Assembly: GCF_026571515.1 (NCBI RefSeq)
Contig: NW_026854044.1
Coordinates: forward strand, 186,001 to 250,000
Length of the DNA: 64,000 nt
Origin: Ruditapes philippinarum
Lineage: Eukaryota
Reading direction: 5' to 3'
The first letter of the stretch is position 1. Each line of letters begins with the position of its first letter. Both the position numbers and the translations under genes were made by a program. Of the stretch, positions 39,222 to 53,592 are shown one piece after another. The notes beneath the pieces were generated by a model that saw only the letters and a program-made list of their open reading frames with translations, had not been told where the DNA came from and did no database searches.

Positions 39222-41569
39222 ATAATGCTGTTCGATTTTCGCACCCTACTATTGCGAAGATATAGAAATTATTAAACAAAAGAAATAATAAGAAAAAAAA
39301 AACGTTATTTTATCAAGTTTTCAACAATCAAAACTTACGTCGTAAATATTAAATGTGTTAACATCAGAGCCCCATTTATCATTCTTTTATGTATGAAATA
39401 ACGTCAGCTTGTTTATGAATGAGTTGTTTACTAAGGATGACGTCATTACGCTGCTTACGGTTTGGCGCCGTTTTTTCAAAATATTTATTAACTGATATAA
39501 TATGGATCTAATATGTGGCGTTAGTGTATGTGAGTTATTATTTCGGTATTGTATGAAAAGAAAACATTATGCGAATAGAAAATGTAAATAAAAATGCTTT
39601 TTATTATTGCTTTAAAATGCTTTGTAAACTATACAATCGAGTGTGAAAACATAATGTTCAGCGCATATACAAGTAGTCCCTAACCGGTGTTTATTGGCAG
39701 TTTAACACCAGTTTTTTCCTTCTTTGTCTAAAGTGGCAAAATCACGTGAGTGTAAGAATCAACTTTTTTCCCCTTCAATTACGTAACAATTAGGTATTCA
39801 ATTAATCACCAATAGAATTACTTCTGGTTTGCGGTGTAGGTGAAAGTGTGACAATGTTCCGATTCTTTCTTAACTTTAACAATTATTAATGAAATACTAC
39901 CTGAGGCAAACAGGTCGTTCTTGTATTAAGATAGTACGACATCATTTCACATCGTTAATTAATTAATGTGTCTCACCAGAGGCTATGGATAAGAAAAATA
40001 TACATGGTTAAATGTCATGTCAATGTTAGAAATCATGTTCGGATTAATGACAAAAGTTACCAGCATTTAGCTGGCTAAGATATCGACACGTGCAAATGTG
40101 TGTAATGAGGAAAGAGGTCGTTCCTTATTTGTGAAAAAAAAATCCAAGTAATGGCATTTGAAGTATTTAATTAATCAGATTATAAAGATAAACATATAAA
40201 CTAGCAACGCACCCGAAATATCATTCTTCTTTAAAACAACAACTACCCCCAAAACAATTACAACAACATTGACAGTAAACTAATGTTGGCTCGCTGTTTT
40301 TTTCTTGTCTTTTAGTAAGCAATAATTTGTTTAATCATTATTTTAAAAGGCTTTCTATAAGAATGACTTTCCACATGTCCTAAATTAAGGGACACAAACG
40401 CAAACACTATAATACACCACGATCCTGTTTATGTCTCCGACACAGGGTCATTTAAATTATAGACAGATTCGTGGAAATGCAGCAAATTCTGCAACCATCA
40501 GTGCTATTAAAAGCAAATGAGCCATTAATGTATATGATCTTGTCAACTAAACGCTTTAAAAGTAATTTCTGTGGAATAAATGTTGAGAATATTTTTTTAC
40601 GTCTTTTTGTTTATTGATTAATTTGAAATTTGCAAAAAAGCGTCTTGAAGAGATGATTTATTTCCTTGAACAAAAACAAGGAACATTTTCTTTATTTTCA
40701 AAATCTTGCAGACATAGCGGACAAACTGCTTTCGAAAACTGCTGCACGAACATCCACTGTACCAGCGATATGAACTAAAACTAACCTACATTTTGGATGT
40801 CGCATCTTGGATTATAGAACTTTGGTGTAAGTAAAGAACATGAATAACAGAATAAAAGAACATAATAAGCCTTTCATGGTAAGTTCATGGTCCTACAGCT
40901 GACGGACATGGTGCTTATCCGAAAACTAATACATTGTCAATTCACACGCGCGACTTTATAGGGAAATTTTGTACTATATTTCCACAAAAGAATGTGTACC
41001 ATTCCCTTCAGCAGAATGACATTTGCTAACTTTGTCTATAAATGTCTATTAATGACATTGTTTAACAATGTACAAGAAAACATGAAGTCTTATTAAAGCT
41101 AGACTTCACATAAATCACGGATTTCGCAAGAAGAAAAAGTACAATTAAACAGAATATAATCATGTTAAGCTTTGATATTTCTGTAAAGGTAGCCTTGTGA
41201 AAATCCATTTTTAAAGTGGCATTTGGAACATCTAAGTGCTTATGATAAGTGTACTGGTAAAAGTCAAAATAACTTTACATTTTGCCATATATACCAAAAA
41301 CAAATATGGAAAAAAGAAAATCTTCAATACTAGTAATCGATGTGACCTACGGAAATTTCTATTTATATCGTTCAGAATATATCGCTATTTTTGAAAAATA
41401 AATAAATATAAAAAAAATTTGGCAGTCATTTTATAGTTTAAGTAGATTTAAATTTTATCAAAAACAATTATTACTATTTTAATATCGATTATGTATCAAT
41501 CACCATTGTTACAGTCAATCTTTTGAATTATATTATTCTATATCAAATGTCAATATTAGTCTGAACTGA

Positions 41570-41790
41570 AAGGGCATTCAACTTAGTTATTGATTGGAAA
41601 CCGTTTTTACATACAAGGTCAATGTGACCTTGACCTTTCGACCACAAAATCAATAGGGGTCATCTGCTGGTCAAGAACAATCATCATACCAAGTTTGAAG
41701 TTCCTAGGCCTAAGCATTATTTAGTTATTGATCGGAAACCGTTTTAACCTACAAGGTCAATGTGACCTTGACCTTTGATCTCAAAAACTG
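41570..41790. repeat. TGACCTTGACCTTTGA-type interspersed repeat (two ~139-bp units)
   Basis: TTAGTTATTGAT.GGAAACCGTTTT...TACAAGGTCAATGTGACCTTGACCTTT repeated at 41583 and 41722. Confidence 0.65.
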
Positions 41791-42777
41791 AAATAGTTTA
41801 AACAATTTTCATTTCAAATAAGTGACACACGCATGCACGTTCATGGACACGCACCTCGCCTTGCATTTACGTACACAGGCCATATTTATAGAAACGTCAA
41901 GGTAATATGCTTCATCACGTGACTAATAATTTTGCATTTCATTTTTTATATAACATTTGCTCACGTGTATAACATTTTAAAATTAAAAGTTCCCTTTCAT
42001 CTATGATTTCATTTTAAATCATGTACATGCAACTGTACGTGTATATCTCTGACAACTGTTTGTAAAACACAAATATAAAAAATAAATAAAAATGCATCAA
42101 AATAAAAACAATTCTAATTAATCACTATGTATTTTGTTTTAGCTATCTATAAATAATGAAGATGATCATTTCCAATAACGCACGCATTAGATATTCATTG
42201 TATCACACATCCTAGGCTACCGCTCGTAAAAGACAAATTGTTACAAATATATTTGTTTGTTTTTACGCCTGTTTCTTTCTTTGATGAATTTGAAAATAAC
42301 AAGATTTGTCAGGCGTCCCTATAAATTCTATAAATATTAATTTAGTACTTTAATGTATTGGAAGTTGTATTTTTGGAACTTGAAATTTTTTAGACAAAAT
42401 GCTTCTGTCTTAATTTAAGGTCCCCCAACATTAATGTTAAAGCATTTATAAAATGTAGTTTTTTTACGTTTAATTATTACTGGTAATTATGTATAAATAA
42501 AGGAAAAAATAAATTAGATAAAAAATCTTTCTTTTAACTATAAATTTAAAATGAATGTTTTTTATTTCTATTTTTTACTCTATTTAAGAAAATACTCCGT
42601 AAATATATCACATCAAATTTCCAAAAATAGATGAGGGTAACAATGTAAATAAAATAATCTTAATCTTCCTTTACTTTAATCCAAAATCATAACAAAAAGA
42701 AAACATAAATTTTCTCGTTTTTACTCTATTATTCAAAATACAACTTTATAATATGACATAAAATGTATTCAAATGTA

Positions 42778-42789
42778 TCAATCAATCAG

Positions 42790-42834
<45 letters not shown>

Positions 42835-42850
42835 TAAATAAATAAATAAA
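42778..42850. repeat. (TCAA)n(TAAA)n microsatellite
   Basis: Direct reading. Confidence 0.95.
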
Positions 42851-43384
42851 CCACCAAACTGAGTGTTATGAAAATAGAAATTTAATATGTGATATATAAA
42901 AAAACCGGTTTCACTAGTCGAACCGTCTTAGACAGACTGATGTGCAAGAGATAGTTATTTATTTGTTTCCATAGCGATTAATAAAATACATCTTGAGAAC
43001 TCAAAACATCATAAATTTTCCAAGAAAAAAGTTAATGCTAAGAAAAGAAAACATAGTCTGCTAGACTAAGATGAATTTAAGTGTCAGATGAACGTTTTCT
43101 GGTAATTTAGATCGTGTCAAATCATTGACGCACTGTCTGGCATCAAGCTATATACTTCCTTTGTAAAACACATTCGTGTAAAAAGGCATTATTTTATAGG
43201 AATTATCACTCCTTTTATTTCCAAGTTCCTGAGAGACTTCGTTCGCATGTTTAAAGTAGATTAACTGACAAGAACAGAGATATAAATAATGTGTCCGGCA
43301 AGCAAATGCATTCATTTAGGCTACTGATCGTTATTTTGTATGATTTAAAATAGTGAAAGGTTTTGTAAAACAGATTTTTCTTGT

Positions 43385-43660
43385 GACACACACATAACTC
43401 GAAACCAAAACACAAAATAACGATAACCAAAATTCAAAATAACGAAACCACTATGGTGATAATCGAAAGAACGATGGTAAAGAGACGAACGTTCGATGGT
43501 AAAAAGTCGAAATAACGAAACCAATACGGCGAAAAATTGATATGATTTCGTGTTTTCACCATGTTTTGTACTTTCAATCAATCACCATCATGGTGTCGTT
43601 TGTTCGATTTTGTACACTTTTCATCATCGTATTTTCCACAGTTCGCCATCATAGTTCCGT
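43385..43660. repeat. Degenerate inverted array of CGAAA/ACGATGGT motifs (probable MITE remnant)
   Basis: Left half repeats AACGAAACC/ACGATGGT; right half repeats ACCATCAT/CATCGT/TTTCG. Confidence 0.4.
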
Positions 43661-44509
43661 GAGTCCCAACATTACTTAACATCAACAAGCTCTAATCAAA
43701 GTTTTCTAATAAGCTTTAAATGTTTGTAGCAACCGAACTTGAATGCATATTAATTTATTTTTTATAAACTTTTATTTTCCATTTGTATACTTAAACGATT
43801 ACTTGTTGAGTAAATAATAATATTTAGGATAGTTAATTGTCTTCATAAAATTATACTTCATGTAACATTTAATGACTTAACTAAAAACGAATTCTATATT
43901 CCGTGTATTCACAAAACTAAACAGGCAGTGAATAATTTAGCTAAGAGAATACATTAGTTAATTATTTTCTTCTTTATCAATTAAATTGCTCACAAACAAA
44001 GTTCATTCACTGTTGATTGTTAGAGTTCCTCAACAAAACAGAGTAGATATCGTAGTAAGTCTATGTAATTGATTCCATGAGACAATATATCACCCCTAAT
44101 GTTCATCATTTTATCTGCTGTATTATTGAAACCTAAAGGTTAAATTTACAGCAATGGAAAGAAAGAAAGAATAAACCAAAACAACAACAATAATAATAAC
44201 AACAACAACAGCAGCAAAAGCCCTAGAATCCCTAAAGAAAGCTAAGCTCAGAACGAAAAAAAAAAATGAATAAATAATGCAGGCTCAATTTTGAGTGAGC
44301 CTGCGAATCAAGGATAGTAGTGGCTAATGCACCCCCCCCCCCCCCGACCCCAGCACCGGCTTAAGAAGAATTCAGCAGTGGAATATGAAAAAGTGAACTT
44401 TTGATTTTTTTTTTTTGCATTTGTAGATGGCGGTTTTCGTAAAATTGTTTAAATAGTACGTCCATTTAATGAAACAGTCAACAAATTGATTCAGTTTCAG
44501 CAAACTACT

Positions 44510-45497
44510 GATCACTACTAAATGTTCATATTGAGCACGGGTGTGGACGGTAGAATCCACTTACCACGGCTAAATATTCATATTGAGTACAGAGGTGAAC
44601 GGTAGATTTCACTTACCTTTGCCAAATGTTCATATCGTGTACATATCAATGCTCATATTAAGTAGGGGCATGTACGGTAGATTCCACTTATCACTGCTAA
44701 CTGCCCATATTAAGTAGGAACGTGTACGGTAGATTCCAATTAAGTAGGGGCGTGTACGGCAGATTCCACTTATCACTGCTAACTGCCCATATTAAGTAGG
44801 AACGTGTACGGTAGATTCCAAATAAGTAGGGGCGTGTACGGCAGATTCCACTTACCACTGCTAAATGTTTATGTTGAGCACGGGTGTGGACGGTAGAATC
44901 CACTTACCACGGCTAAATATTCATATTGAGTACAGAGGTGAACGGTAGATTTCACTTACCTTTGCCAAATGTTCATATCGTGTACATATCAATGCTCATA
45001 TTAAGTAGGGGCATGTACGGTAGATTCCAATTAAGTAGGGGCGTGTACGGCAGATTCCACTTATCACTGCTAACTGCCCATATTAAGTAGGAACGTGTAC
45101 GGTAGATTCCAATTAAGTAGGGGCATGTACGGTAGATTCCACTTATCACTGCTAACTGCCCATATTAAGTAGAAACGTGTACGGTAGATTCCACTTACCA
45201 CTGCTAAATGTTTATGTTGAGTACGGGTGTGGAAGGTAGATTCATGTTTATATTGAGTACGAGTGTTGACAGTAGATTCCACTTACCACTGCTAAATGTT
45301 TATATTGAGTACAGGTGTAGAAGGTAGATTCAACTTATCATTGCTAAATATTTATATCGAGTACGGGTGTATACGGTAGATTCCACCTACCACTGCTAAA
45401 TGTTTATATTGAGTACGGGTGTGGAAGGTAGATTCCACTTATCACTGCTAAATGTTTATATTGAGTACGGGCGTGGACGTTAGATTCCACTTACCAA
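44510..45497. repeat. 52-bp minisatellite with 30-bp variants and a higher-order duplication
   Basis: Unit GGTAGATTCCACTTACCACTGCTAAATGTTTATATTGAGTACGGGTGTGGAA; the block at 44521 is repeated at 44864 (offset 343). Confidence 0.9.
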
Positions 45498-47714
45498 GTA
45501 AAAAATTAATGCTAAAATCGCGCCTATTCACCCGCCAAAATGCACTCAAAGACGCCTAATTCATCTGTTTACGCCGATTTATATACGATATTGAATGAAA
45601 AATGTAATAATCGGCATAAAAAGCGATAGTTTTCTTCTTTGTGATTATGATTTCTGCAAGCGTTTATAGGTACTGCTCACACATTATAGCGAGTCAAAAC
45701 TACTACATGTACTTTCCTGGCCCATAAACAGGCTTCTTTAAACCGAGTTTTCAACATATTTACTGTAATCATTCTGGGCGTTCTTTGATTTAAAAGTGTT
45801 TTTTTTTCTCCCCATTTTCGGACTATCATCATCCTAATATTAATGTATAAATATCCTAATATTAATGTATAAATGATTTCAATATACTGTTCATAGTCGA
45901 AATCTTATATCTATTCCACACTCAGGTTGCCACAACAGGAATGTTACAATACCTTGCTGTCAATGTTTAACATACTCACATGGTGGCAGACAAATAATGT
46001 GACAGAAGTTCTACATTGACAGCAATAAATCTTCCGAAAGATAATAAAGAAGTACATTCACTTGAAGGCAAATGTCGCATAAGATATTATGATAAATGGA
46101 ATAAAAATGCCTGTAGGAAATCGAGCGTCTGGAACGTTCACGCAAAGAAACATTTCAGTTCTTAAAACTATATTGTATACTGCCTCGAGATAAAAGCTTC
46201 AAATGGAATATATTCAGAATTTGAGTTTCCTATAAAATTGTTCATTCATGCAATACAATTTTCCTGGTCATTTAACAATTGGTTGAAACAATTCATGTAT
46301 AGTATAATTTTCTCACAATATTACCAGTATTACAAAGTGTTAATGTTGTAAGTTTCCTTGAATTTGACTAAATTGTGTGTATGTTGTTTATCAAGATTAT
46401 AATCCACTTTGGAGAATAAATATAACGGGAACAATGTCCTTGCCAGACTGTATTTCCTTGGTTGATATGGAGTGACGTAAATATATAAGCTGAGCAATGA
46501 GAAAATAATATGAGAAGAAAAACTTAAATGTCCCTTAAACGATATTACCGCCCCTCACATACAACATCATTTGAAGAAAGAAATCCCTAAACTGTTCATA
46601 TACCAATTGAAAATTACTGTTATTTTTTCATATATTATAGTTATAATATATTTTAATCCTTAAGGTTGTTACTTAAGTTAGCGGAATCAGCTAGGGATTT
46701 GCTTCAGCATAAATTACTTTTTGCAATTAATAAGAAGTAAGGTCTTTTATTAAGGTCTGTATTAATCACAAAAGCACAAACATTTATTTACAAAAAGCGC
46801 ATTCTGCTGGGGTTGAAAGACGCAAAATGTTATTTAAAACATTTATTATCTTATATGTACCATCCCGGTACATTTTTGTAGTTTGCTTCCAAATGACTGT
46901 CATTATACTAGTCTCATTTTCGTTCTGAATTGTCTTTCTGGTGAAAACTCCGGCAAACGTAAGAAATCAATTTACTTTATTTTCCTTTCTGTCATTTAAA
47001 TTGCTCATTATCTATAATAAACGAGGCTACTCACTCTGGAATGTTTCATTTTCTTTCTATAAAAAAAGGCAGATAAGCTTTTGTAGCAAATCTACGTAAT
47101 TGGATTTTGTGCCAATACATCACTCTTGATCTATAATTATCATTTCCTTTAGTATAACTGTATGAACTGTTGAACTGTATCATCAAGTTCCAGATGATAA
47201 GATGTTGCAAAGCTACAAAAACTTACTTCAGTATAAAAATGTTTTACTTCTTAAAAAGGAGTTATTTCTGGTCCAAAATACATGGATTTTATTGGGATTT
47301 ACAGAGAACCATGCATGCAAAAGCACATCTATAAGGAGCCAGTTATAATTAGAAGAATCACATCGACAGCAGCAACCGATGTCCCACCCAACCTGTCTAG
47401 TACAGGGAGAAAATTATCCCTTGGTAAAACATATCTGTGTGAATACTGAATCGTTTGATGGATCACCGCGTATTTTATCTTGTTTTATTCAGGTCCTTGT
47501 AGACTTATTTCGCATGATAGACTTGAATAAATTAACCAGTATAAGAACAGAGAGGTATAATACTATTTGCTATTTGCTGACATGACAGATTAGTTTATCA
47601 TATTATGATGAGCCAAATAAGCTCACTGAATTTACTCACTTTCGTTTGCGAGGATTCTGAGTATTGTAGAATAGTATATTTAAACACAGGTGTGAGTTCG
47701 AAATACAAATTAAC

Positions 47715-49591
47715 AATTTTTGCGTTACGTACTTTGGGGTCCAACCAAAAGTGTGTGACGCACTTTGATGTCAAAATTTGATCAAAATGTGCGTTACACA
47801 AATACATGCTTTGACATCAGACAAACGACTGCACTTTGGGATCAATAAGAATGAAATTTGAGCCGCGTCACGACAAAACAAACATAGTGGGTTTGCGACC
47901 AACATGGATCCAGACCAGCCTGCGCATCCCCTCAGTCTGGTCAGGATGCATGCTGTTCGCTATCAGTTTCACTACTTGTAATAGGGTTTGTAAGCGAACA
48001 GAATTGATCCTGATCAGACTACGCGGGTGCGTAGGCTGGCCTGGATCCATGCTGGTCGCAAACACACTAAGTTGATTTTGTTGTCACTCATTTATTAATA
48101 TTTTATAATAATAGAAATTGTAACCGAATACATGTAAGACGAAATGTATTAAGTTGGTTAACAATAGTAGACGATCGATGATTTTAATTTGTTATATATA
48201 ATGGTTTCAATTTATTATAATTATGTTTATATTCAATTATTCGTCTCATATTGGCCACAAAGTAGTAAGATGCATAAACATGTATGATGTGTATTGTGTG
48301 TAATAATAAATTAAATATATATCCATGAAGCCGATAAATGTGGAGATTGCATGTCAGACATATTTCCATCTAATTAAAATCCTGTTCATTTTACGATATG
48401 ATATGTTAAGGACCCATTAAAAACCTGGATTTACCCTATTTCTAGTTATATTAAACAGAGGTAACCTTTCTGAATGGATTTAATTATATTTTTTTCTATG
48501 TTGAATGTTGTAGAAAAGACTTGCATTGAAAGGATTTCAGGCTGTGTCAATCTGCCACCAGAGGAAAAATGAATTATTTAAATGAAATTCACGTCCAATA
48601 ATGGCAGGAATTAATTTCAATCACATAATTTTGCGGAAAAAGACATCTCGTCTCATTTCAAAATGGCAGCGAATTTGGTGGTACATCAAACAGATACGTT
48701 TTCCAAAACCTGAAGTATCACCCAAAATAACATGTAAGTTTATTTAGATTCAAAATATAAACTGTCCCGTGCTGAAAATTAAAGTTTACATCAAATTTTA
48801 GTCCTTTCAGTTTATTTTTAGTCTCAGGACGGCGCCCAAAATGGCCGCAGATTAAAAATAAGTCGTTGCGGAAATATTAAAGCACATTTAAGAAAAGTTT
48901 AAATTTATACTTATAGGCATAAGTTCCTTTCATAAAATTACATGACGGGTACCTGACAAATGTAGAAGTCATGAGGATTTACTAAATTTAATGTAAGGCA
49001 TATTATTAATGTGAAAAGGCTTTGTGTAACTTTTTCAGTATATGTTAAATTTATATCTAACTTACTTATTACAAGTCATTTACATAGGAATTGAAATGCA
49101 CTGAGATGACATTATTTGCATTTTATTACACCCCATCATACTTAATATGCTGTTAAATATGGCACCAAAAGTTATGTAATACATGGCTGACAGAACAGGA
49201 TATTTTTTGAATTTGTAGGAATACATTCGCAATTTAAGTACTATAGTATAATTGCAGTTTGTTATTTCGCAGCAATTTTTAGATATTTCAAGTGATAAAA
49301 TTAATAAAACACTTACCAGTTAAGCATCAAATACATATTTTTATAGCTGCTATGAACATCAGAATTTAAATGACTATTATTATTGATGTATATAAGTATC
49401 GACTCCATCTCAAATATTTCAGTGTTGCAGATCTAAAATAAGTCAGCACTCAGTATTTATGCAGAACTCAGTTGGTACCTTAAAAGTGCTGGATTCGAAA
49501 GTGCGTTGATATGTAGCATATTTCTTACTTATTTCTTTCAGTTTCTTTATTTTGACCCCAGAGTGCGTTTGACCCCAAAGTACGGTGTTAC
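47715..49591. mobile_element. Non-autonomous element with a TGTAACA/TGTTACA terminus (Ginger-like by inference), copy 1
   Basis: CGTACTTTGGGGTC (47728) and GACCCCAAAGTACGGTGTTACA (49591) are inverted. 48690-49590 matches 62730-63700 in reverse complement. Confidence 0.55.
47860..48089. mobile_element. Sola-like MITE
   Basis: GAGCCGCGTCACGACAAAAC... family; ATTT on both flanks. Confidence 0.75.
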
Positions 49592-52239
49592 AAGGCTCAA
49601 AGTGCGTAATGTCTCTATCACCTGTAACAAAGAATGGCATAATTATGAGAGACATGTTTCATGACAAGAGAACTGGCAAACTTAAGTTTCTTTTACATTA
49701 TTAATAATTAAAAAGGAAAGCACACATGGATTTATTTTCTTATTGCAAATTTAAGGACAAATCTTTGATAGGTTATGCACGTAATAATATTTTACGTAAT
49801 GTTAAAGAATTAAGTGATTTACGACGTAAGAAAGCTGTGGATATTAGAAAGCATTTTAAATATAAATCGTATCTTCTTACTCTACCTTTTATATAGGTAA
49901 CAATAGATTTACCTACAAATATCGTCAAGTGTTTGTTTACAAATATGCTGTGATGAAATTCAAATTTTAATCCACTAATCTGATAATTCGAATTAGGCAG
50001 GCTATTGTCATAAAGATATCCATGCATAGAGTGGATAATGCAATATTTCACCAGCAGAAATTTACATATCACATAACAGCAAGTAATAAACATAGTTTTT
50101 TTTTTCCGTCGTAAATGAGCGATTTATTATGGGTTTTCTTTTTCTTGTTGATAGCAGGAAAATTAATATATCATATTTATATACTATTATGGCGAGAATA
50201 ATAGCTAATAATACAACATTTCTTTTATACTTTTCTTTTAATTATTATTCGGTAAAACCGGCATGTAAATCTCAAGTAGTAATAATATTAGACAAATAAT
50301 GAATGCAATCAAATATAACTTGACTATTATCAAAACTCAGTCAAATTAGGATGAACATGTTTATAAAAAATAATATCAAATCTACAGTTTGCTCTATAAT
50401 TGAACATTATTTAATGTAGAGGTTCTGATACATACCGTTTTTGTAATAAACTGCTTATTTATATAAGAAGCTAACTAATATTTGTACTTTGCTTCAATGC
50501 AATACTTTTATACATACTTAAGTTTACTAAATAAAATCTTAAACATATCAAGGCTACGAATTCTTGTATAACATGGGCATTAACGTTAAATGAAATTCAT
50601 CTTCTCTGTCTCTTACTGAACAGCATCGACAATAGCATCTATTTGCATTCCATTTGAAGCTATTTCTATCATAGCTTTCAGAGTGTACAGATGTTCTTCA
50701 TCTGGTTATTTGATTTTCATGGTGTTTAGGCAACGTGCCCAGATAATCTTAATAACAAAACAATTATTTGACACATGTTATACAATACTTACGCAGAACT
50801 TGTAATTTAAGATACAAACTATTTAACTTTTTGTGTTTTTTAACAAATATTTTGTGATAATATTCTTACTGTAATCCACTAATCTGATAATTCGAATTAG
50901 GCAGATAAGGATCATGAAGGAATCTATGCATTCAAAATATATTTCAAAATTAGAAATACACTCATTTCTAGAGGTAAAAAAATGAATAAACCATAAGTAT
51001 CACATAAATGAGTGATGTTCTACAATTACCCGAAATTAGCCTGGGTTCCATCGATTTTTTTGTATGTGCTTTGTTCTATCCTGCATATGTTAGGAATAAG
51101 CATAAAGTATGTTATAAGTAACCAAAAACTATTAAACCTGCATGAATCCGAGGCTAATCCACAATTGGTTTAATAAGTCTGAAAATTTTCACGTTGCTAT
51201 CATTAAATACATAATACTGAGTTTTAACTTTAAAATCTATATAATAGCTTCTCCGGTCTGTTTTAGTTTTAATTTTCATTAAAAAAATTCTTCTTTTGAA
51301 ATTAGTAAAATATATGTCTTGGGAAACATTTACTTTTAAATCTATGAAATTATTAGGTACGTGAACGAAGACTGTTACTTTGTAAGATTTACCTAACATC
51401 TAATTTTATCACTCATATTTTTAATTTTAATAGATAATAATATAATAAAATTGAAAATATTTTATGCCTTGAACTTTGAAATACGTATGAATTTTTGATT
51501 TTCGATAGTTCAAGATGAGTTTGAGTTGCTAGCCGACACAGAGAAAGTTTCATCCCGAACTTTTCCAACAAAAAGACTCTACAAGGTATGTCGGACTTTG
51601 GTTTTTGATATCAACGCTAGCGTACACGCTGCACCGTATGCGCATTACTATGAATTGTTTAGAAAATGTAAACAACAACAACAACAAAAAAAAAAACAAA
51701 AAAAAAAAAACAAAAAAAACGCAATAACATCTATATGGTGTAAGTTGTAAGAACATAGGTATTATTTCCAAACTGGTTCAATGGCATGGTAAAATTTTGA
51801 ATTGATTTCAAAATTTTTATTATTTATTTGCACTTATTTTTACATTTGTTAAAAAAATTCTAAATATTATATATATCTTGCATTTTCTTTATATACAATT
51901 GATGGGCAAATCAAGTGGATCATATAGAGTATATCATAATTATCTATTACTAGATCATGACTATCTTGTAAAAACTTGTTTTCCAAATTAAGTTGAATAT
52001 TGTACTTTGTTACATGATATTGTCAAATCAATGGTAATAATTCACGGTTCAAAAAGCACCGAACCATTTTTTTATACATAATTTTTTTTTATAAGTTTAC
52101 AGGTGTCAGTTACTATCACTATTGTGAGATCGGCTGCATACTGTGGAGGTCGTATAAACTGACCTTATAAAACACCGACGATTTAAGGACATATATGATT
52201 TATGCCGTACAGCTTCATCTGTAAAAGTAAAGGTTAGTA

Positions 52240-52415
52240 NNNNNNNNNNNNNNNNNNNNNNNNNNNNNNNNNNNNNNNNNNNNNNNNNNNNNNNNNNNNN
52301 NNNNNNNNNNNNNNNNNNNNNNNNNNNNNNNNNNNNNNNNNNNNNNNNNNNNNNNNNNNNNNNNNNNNNNNNNNNNNNNNNNNNNNNNNNNNNNNNNNNN
52401 NNNNNNNNNNNNNNN
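52240..52415. other. Assembly gap
   Basis: Run of N. Confidence 1.
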
Positions 52416-52790
52416 AGAAATATTAATGAAAAAAATTGTGTGTTTTCATTTTGTATTTTCACTGTAAAGAATTTATTTTTCACAGAAGTGAAACATATTT
52501 TCCGTATTTTCACTGGTGTCATGCCGGACAACATTCTTTTAAAATCTGCCATTACCAAAATTTAAGGGAAAATCTTTCGAATTGTAATGTCAAAAAGAGA
52601 AAAATGTATATAATAAACAGAGCATTCGAGTTTTTCTATAAATGCAAGATTTATTTTCATCTTGTGGTATGAAAATTATAATATTTCACTCGTGGCTACC
52701 GCCACTTATGAAAAACATTTGTATTTATTTTCATACCACTCGATGAAAATAAATTCTGTATTTATAGAAAAAATGGAATATCCTCTATTT
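52416..52790 (-). mobile_element. One-ended hairpin element (partial, abuts the gap)
   Basis: Inverted arms 52630-52775 around CTCGTGGCTACCGCCACTTA; terminus AATATCCTCTA as in elements B and C. Confidence 0.7.
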
Positions 52791-53592
52791 GTTTTAGTTA
52801 TTTCTTATTTATTTATTTATTTTCTTTTTGTTAATATTCTTCCTTTTTTATTACAATATTTTCAACTTATTTATTTATATTTGTATACATATATATCTTT
52901 TTAATCATTATTTATTTTAAATTAAAAAAAAAGAAAATGTTGTAGATCATGAAATTTAATCAGTATCGTGTTAAAGTGATATACTCACATTAATAATTAT
53001 TGAGGCAATTAATTGTCTATGTCTATAACGATGACGCATAGAAAGATTTTGAAAAACGGTGCACGGGCAATCGGATAGCACGAATTGGCTTAAATAACAC
53101 GACCTGTGGTAGCTTGAGTGCCATTGGTTGAATAGTTAGTACATTCCGCTATTAGTTTTAAGTTAAAATAAAAAGTCAAAATGAATGAATAATTATAATT
53201 TAAAAGATTTTGTCTTTTTATTTGCTTGAAAAACTCCAATAATTCACATAAACAGCTCATCCTGTAAAGAATTGTTCATTATCATGATTTTTACGGAATG
53301 AACGCACAAAACTCGTACTGGACTTGCCCACAGCACTTTCAAATATTAAAAAAATATTTAATAATCGATAATCAATAATCATAGAGTTTAAAATTCGTCT
53401 AAACGCTAGACCTTTATTAAGAAGCCGAAATCAAAAGTGCGACATGCCTTACAGCGATAGTGACACTTGACCATATTTTCCCTCTAAGTCTCTTCTATGC
53501 CAAGATTATTTTGCTTAAAAACTCTTGCTTGCACTGAATAATAACCCTTTCTGAATCGTCAGTTTCAGCACGTAAGTCACGGTATTCAAGTG

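Larger units (their letters stand above)
36431..39759 (+). mobile_element. Hairpin element family A, split by nested insertions (36431-36630 + 39222-39759)
   Basis: Joining CGATTTTCGT (36630) to ATAATGCTGTTCG (39222) restores the sequence seen intact at 2573-2600. Confidence 0.8.

Noticed and set aside
52106-52558. 150-aa minus-strand ORF
   Set aside because: Artefact of reading through the N-gap.
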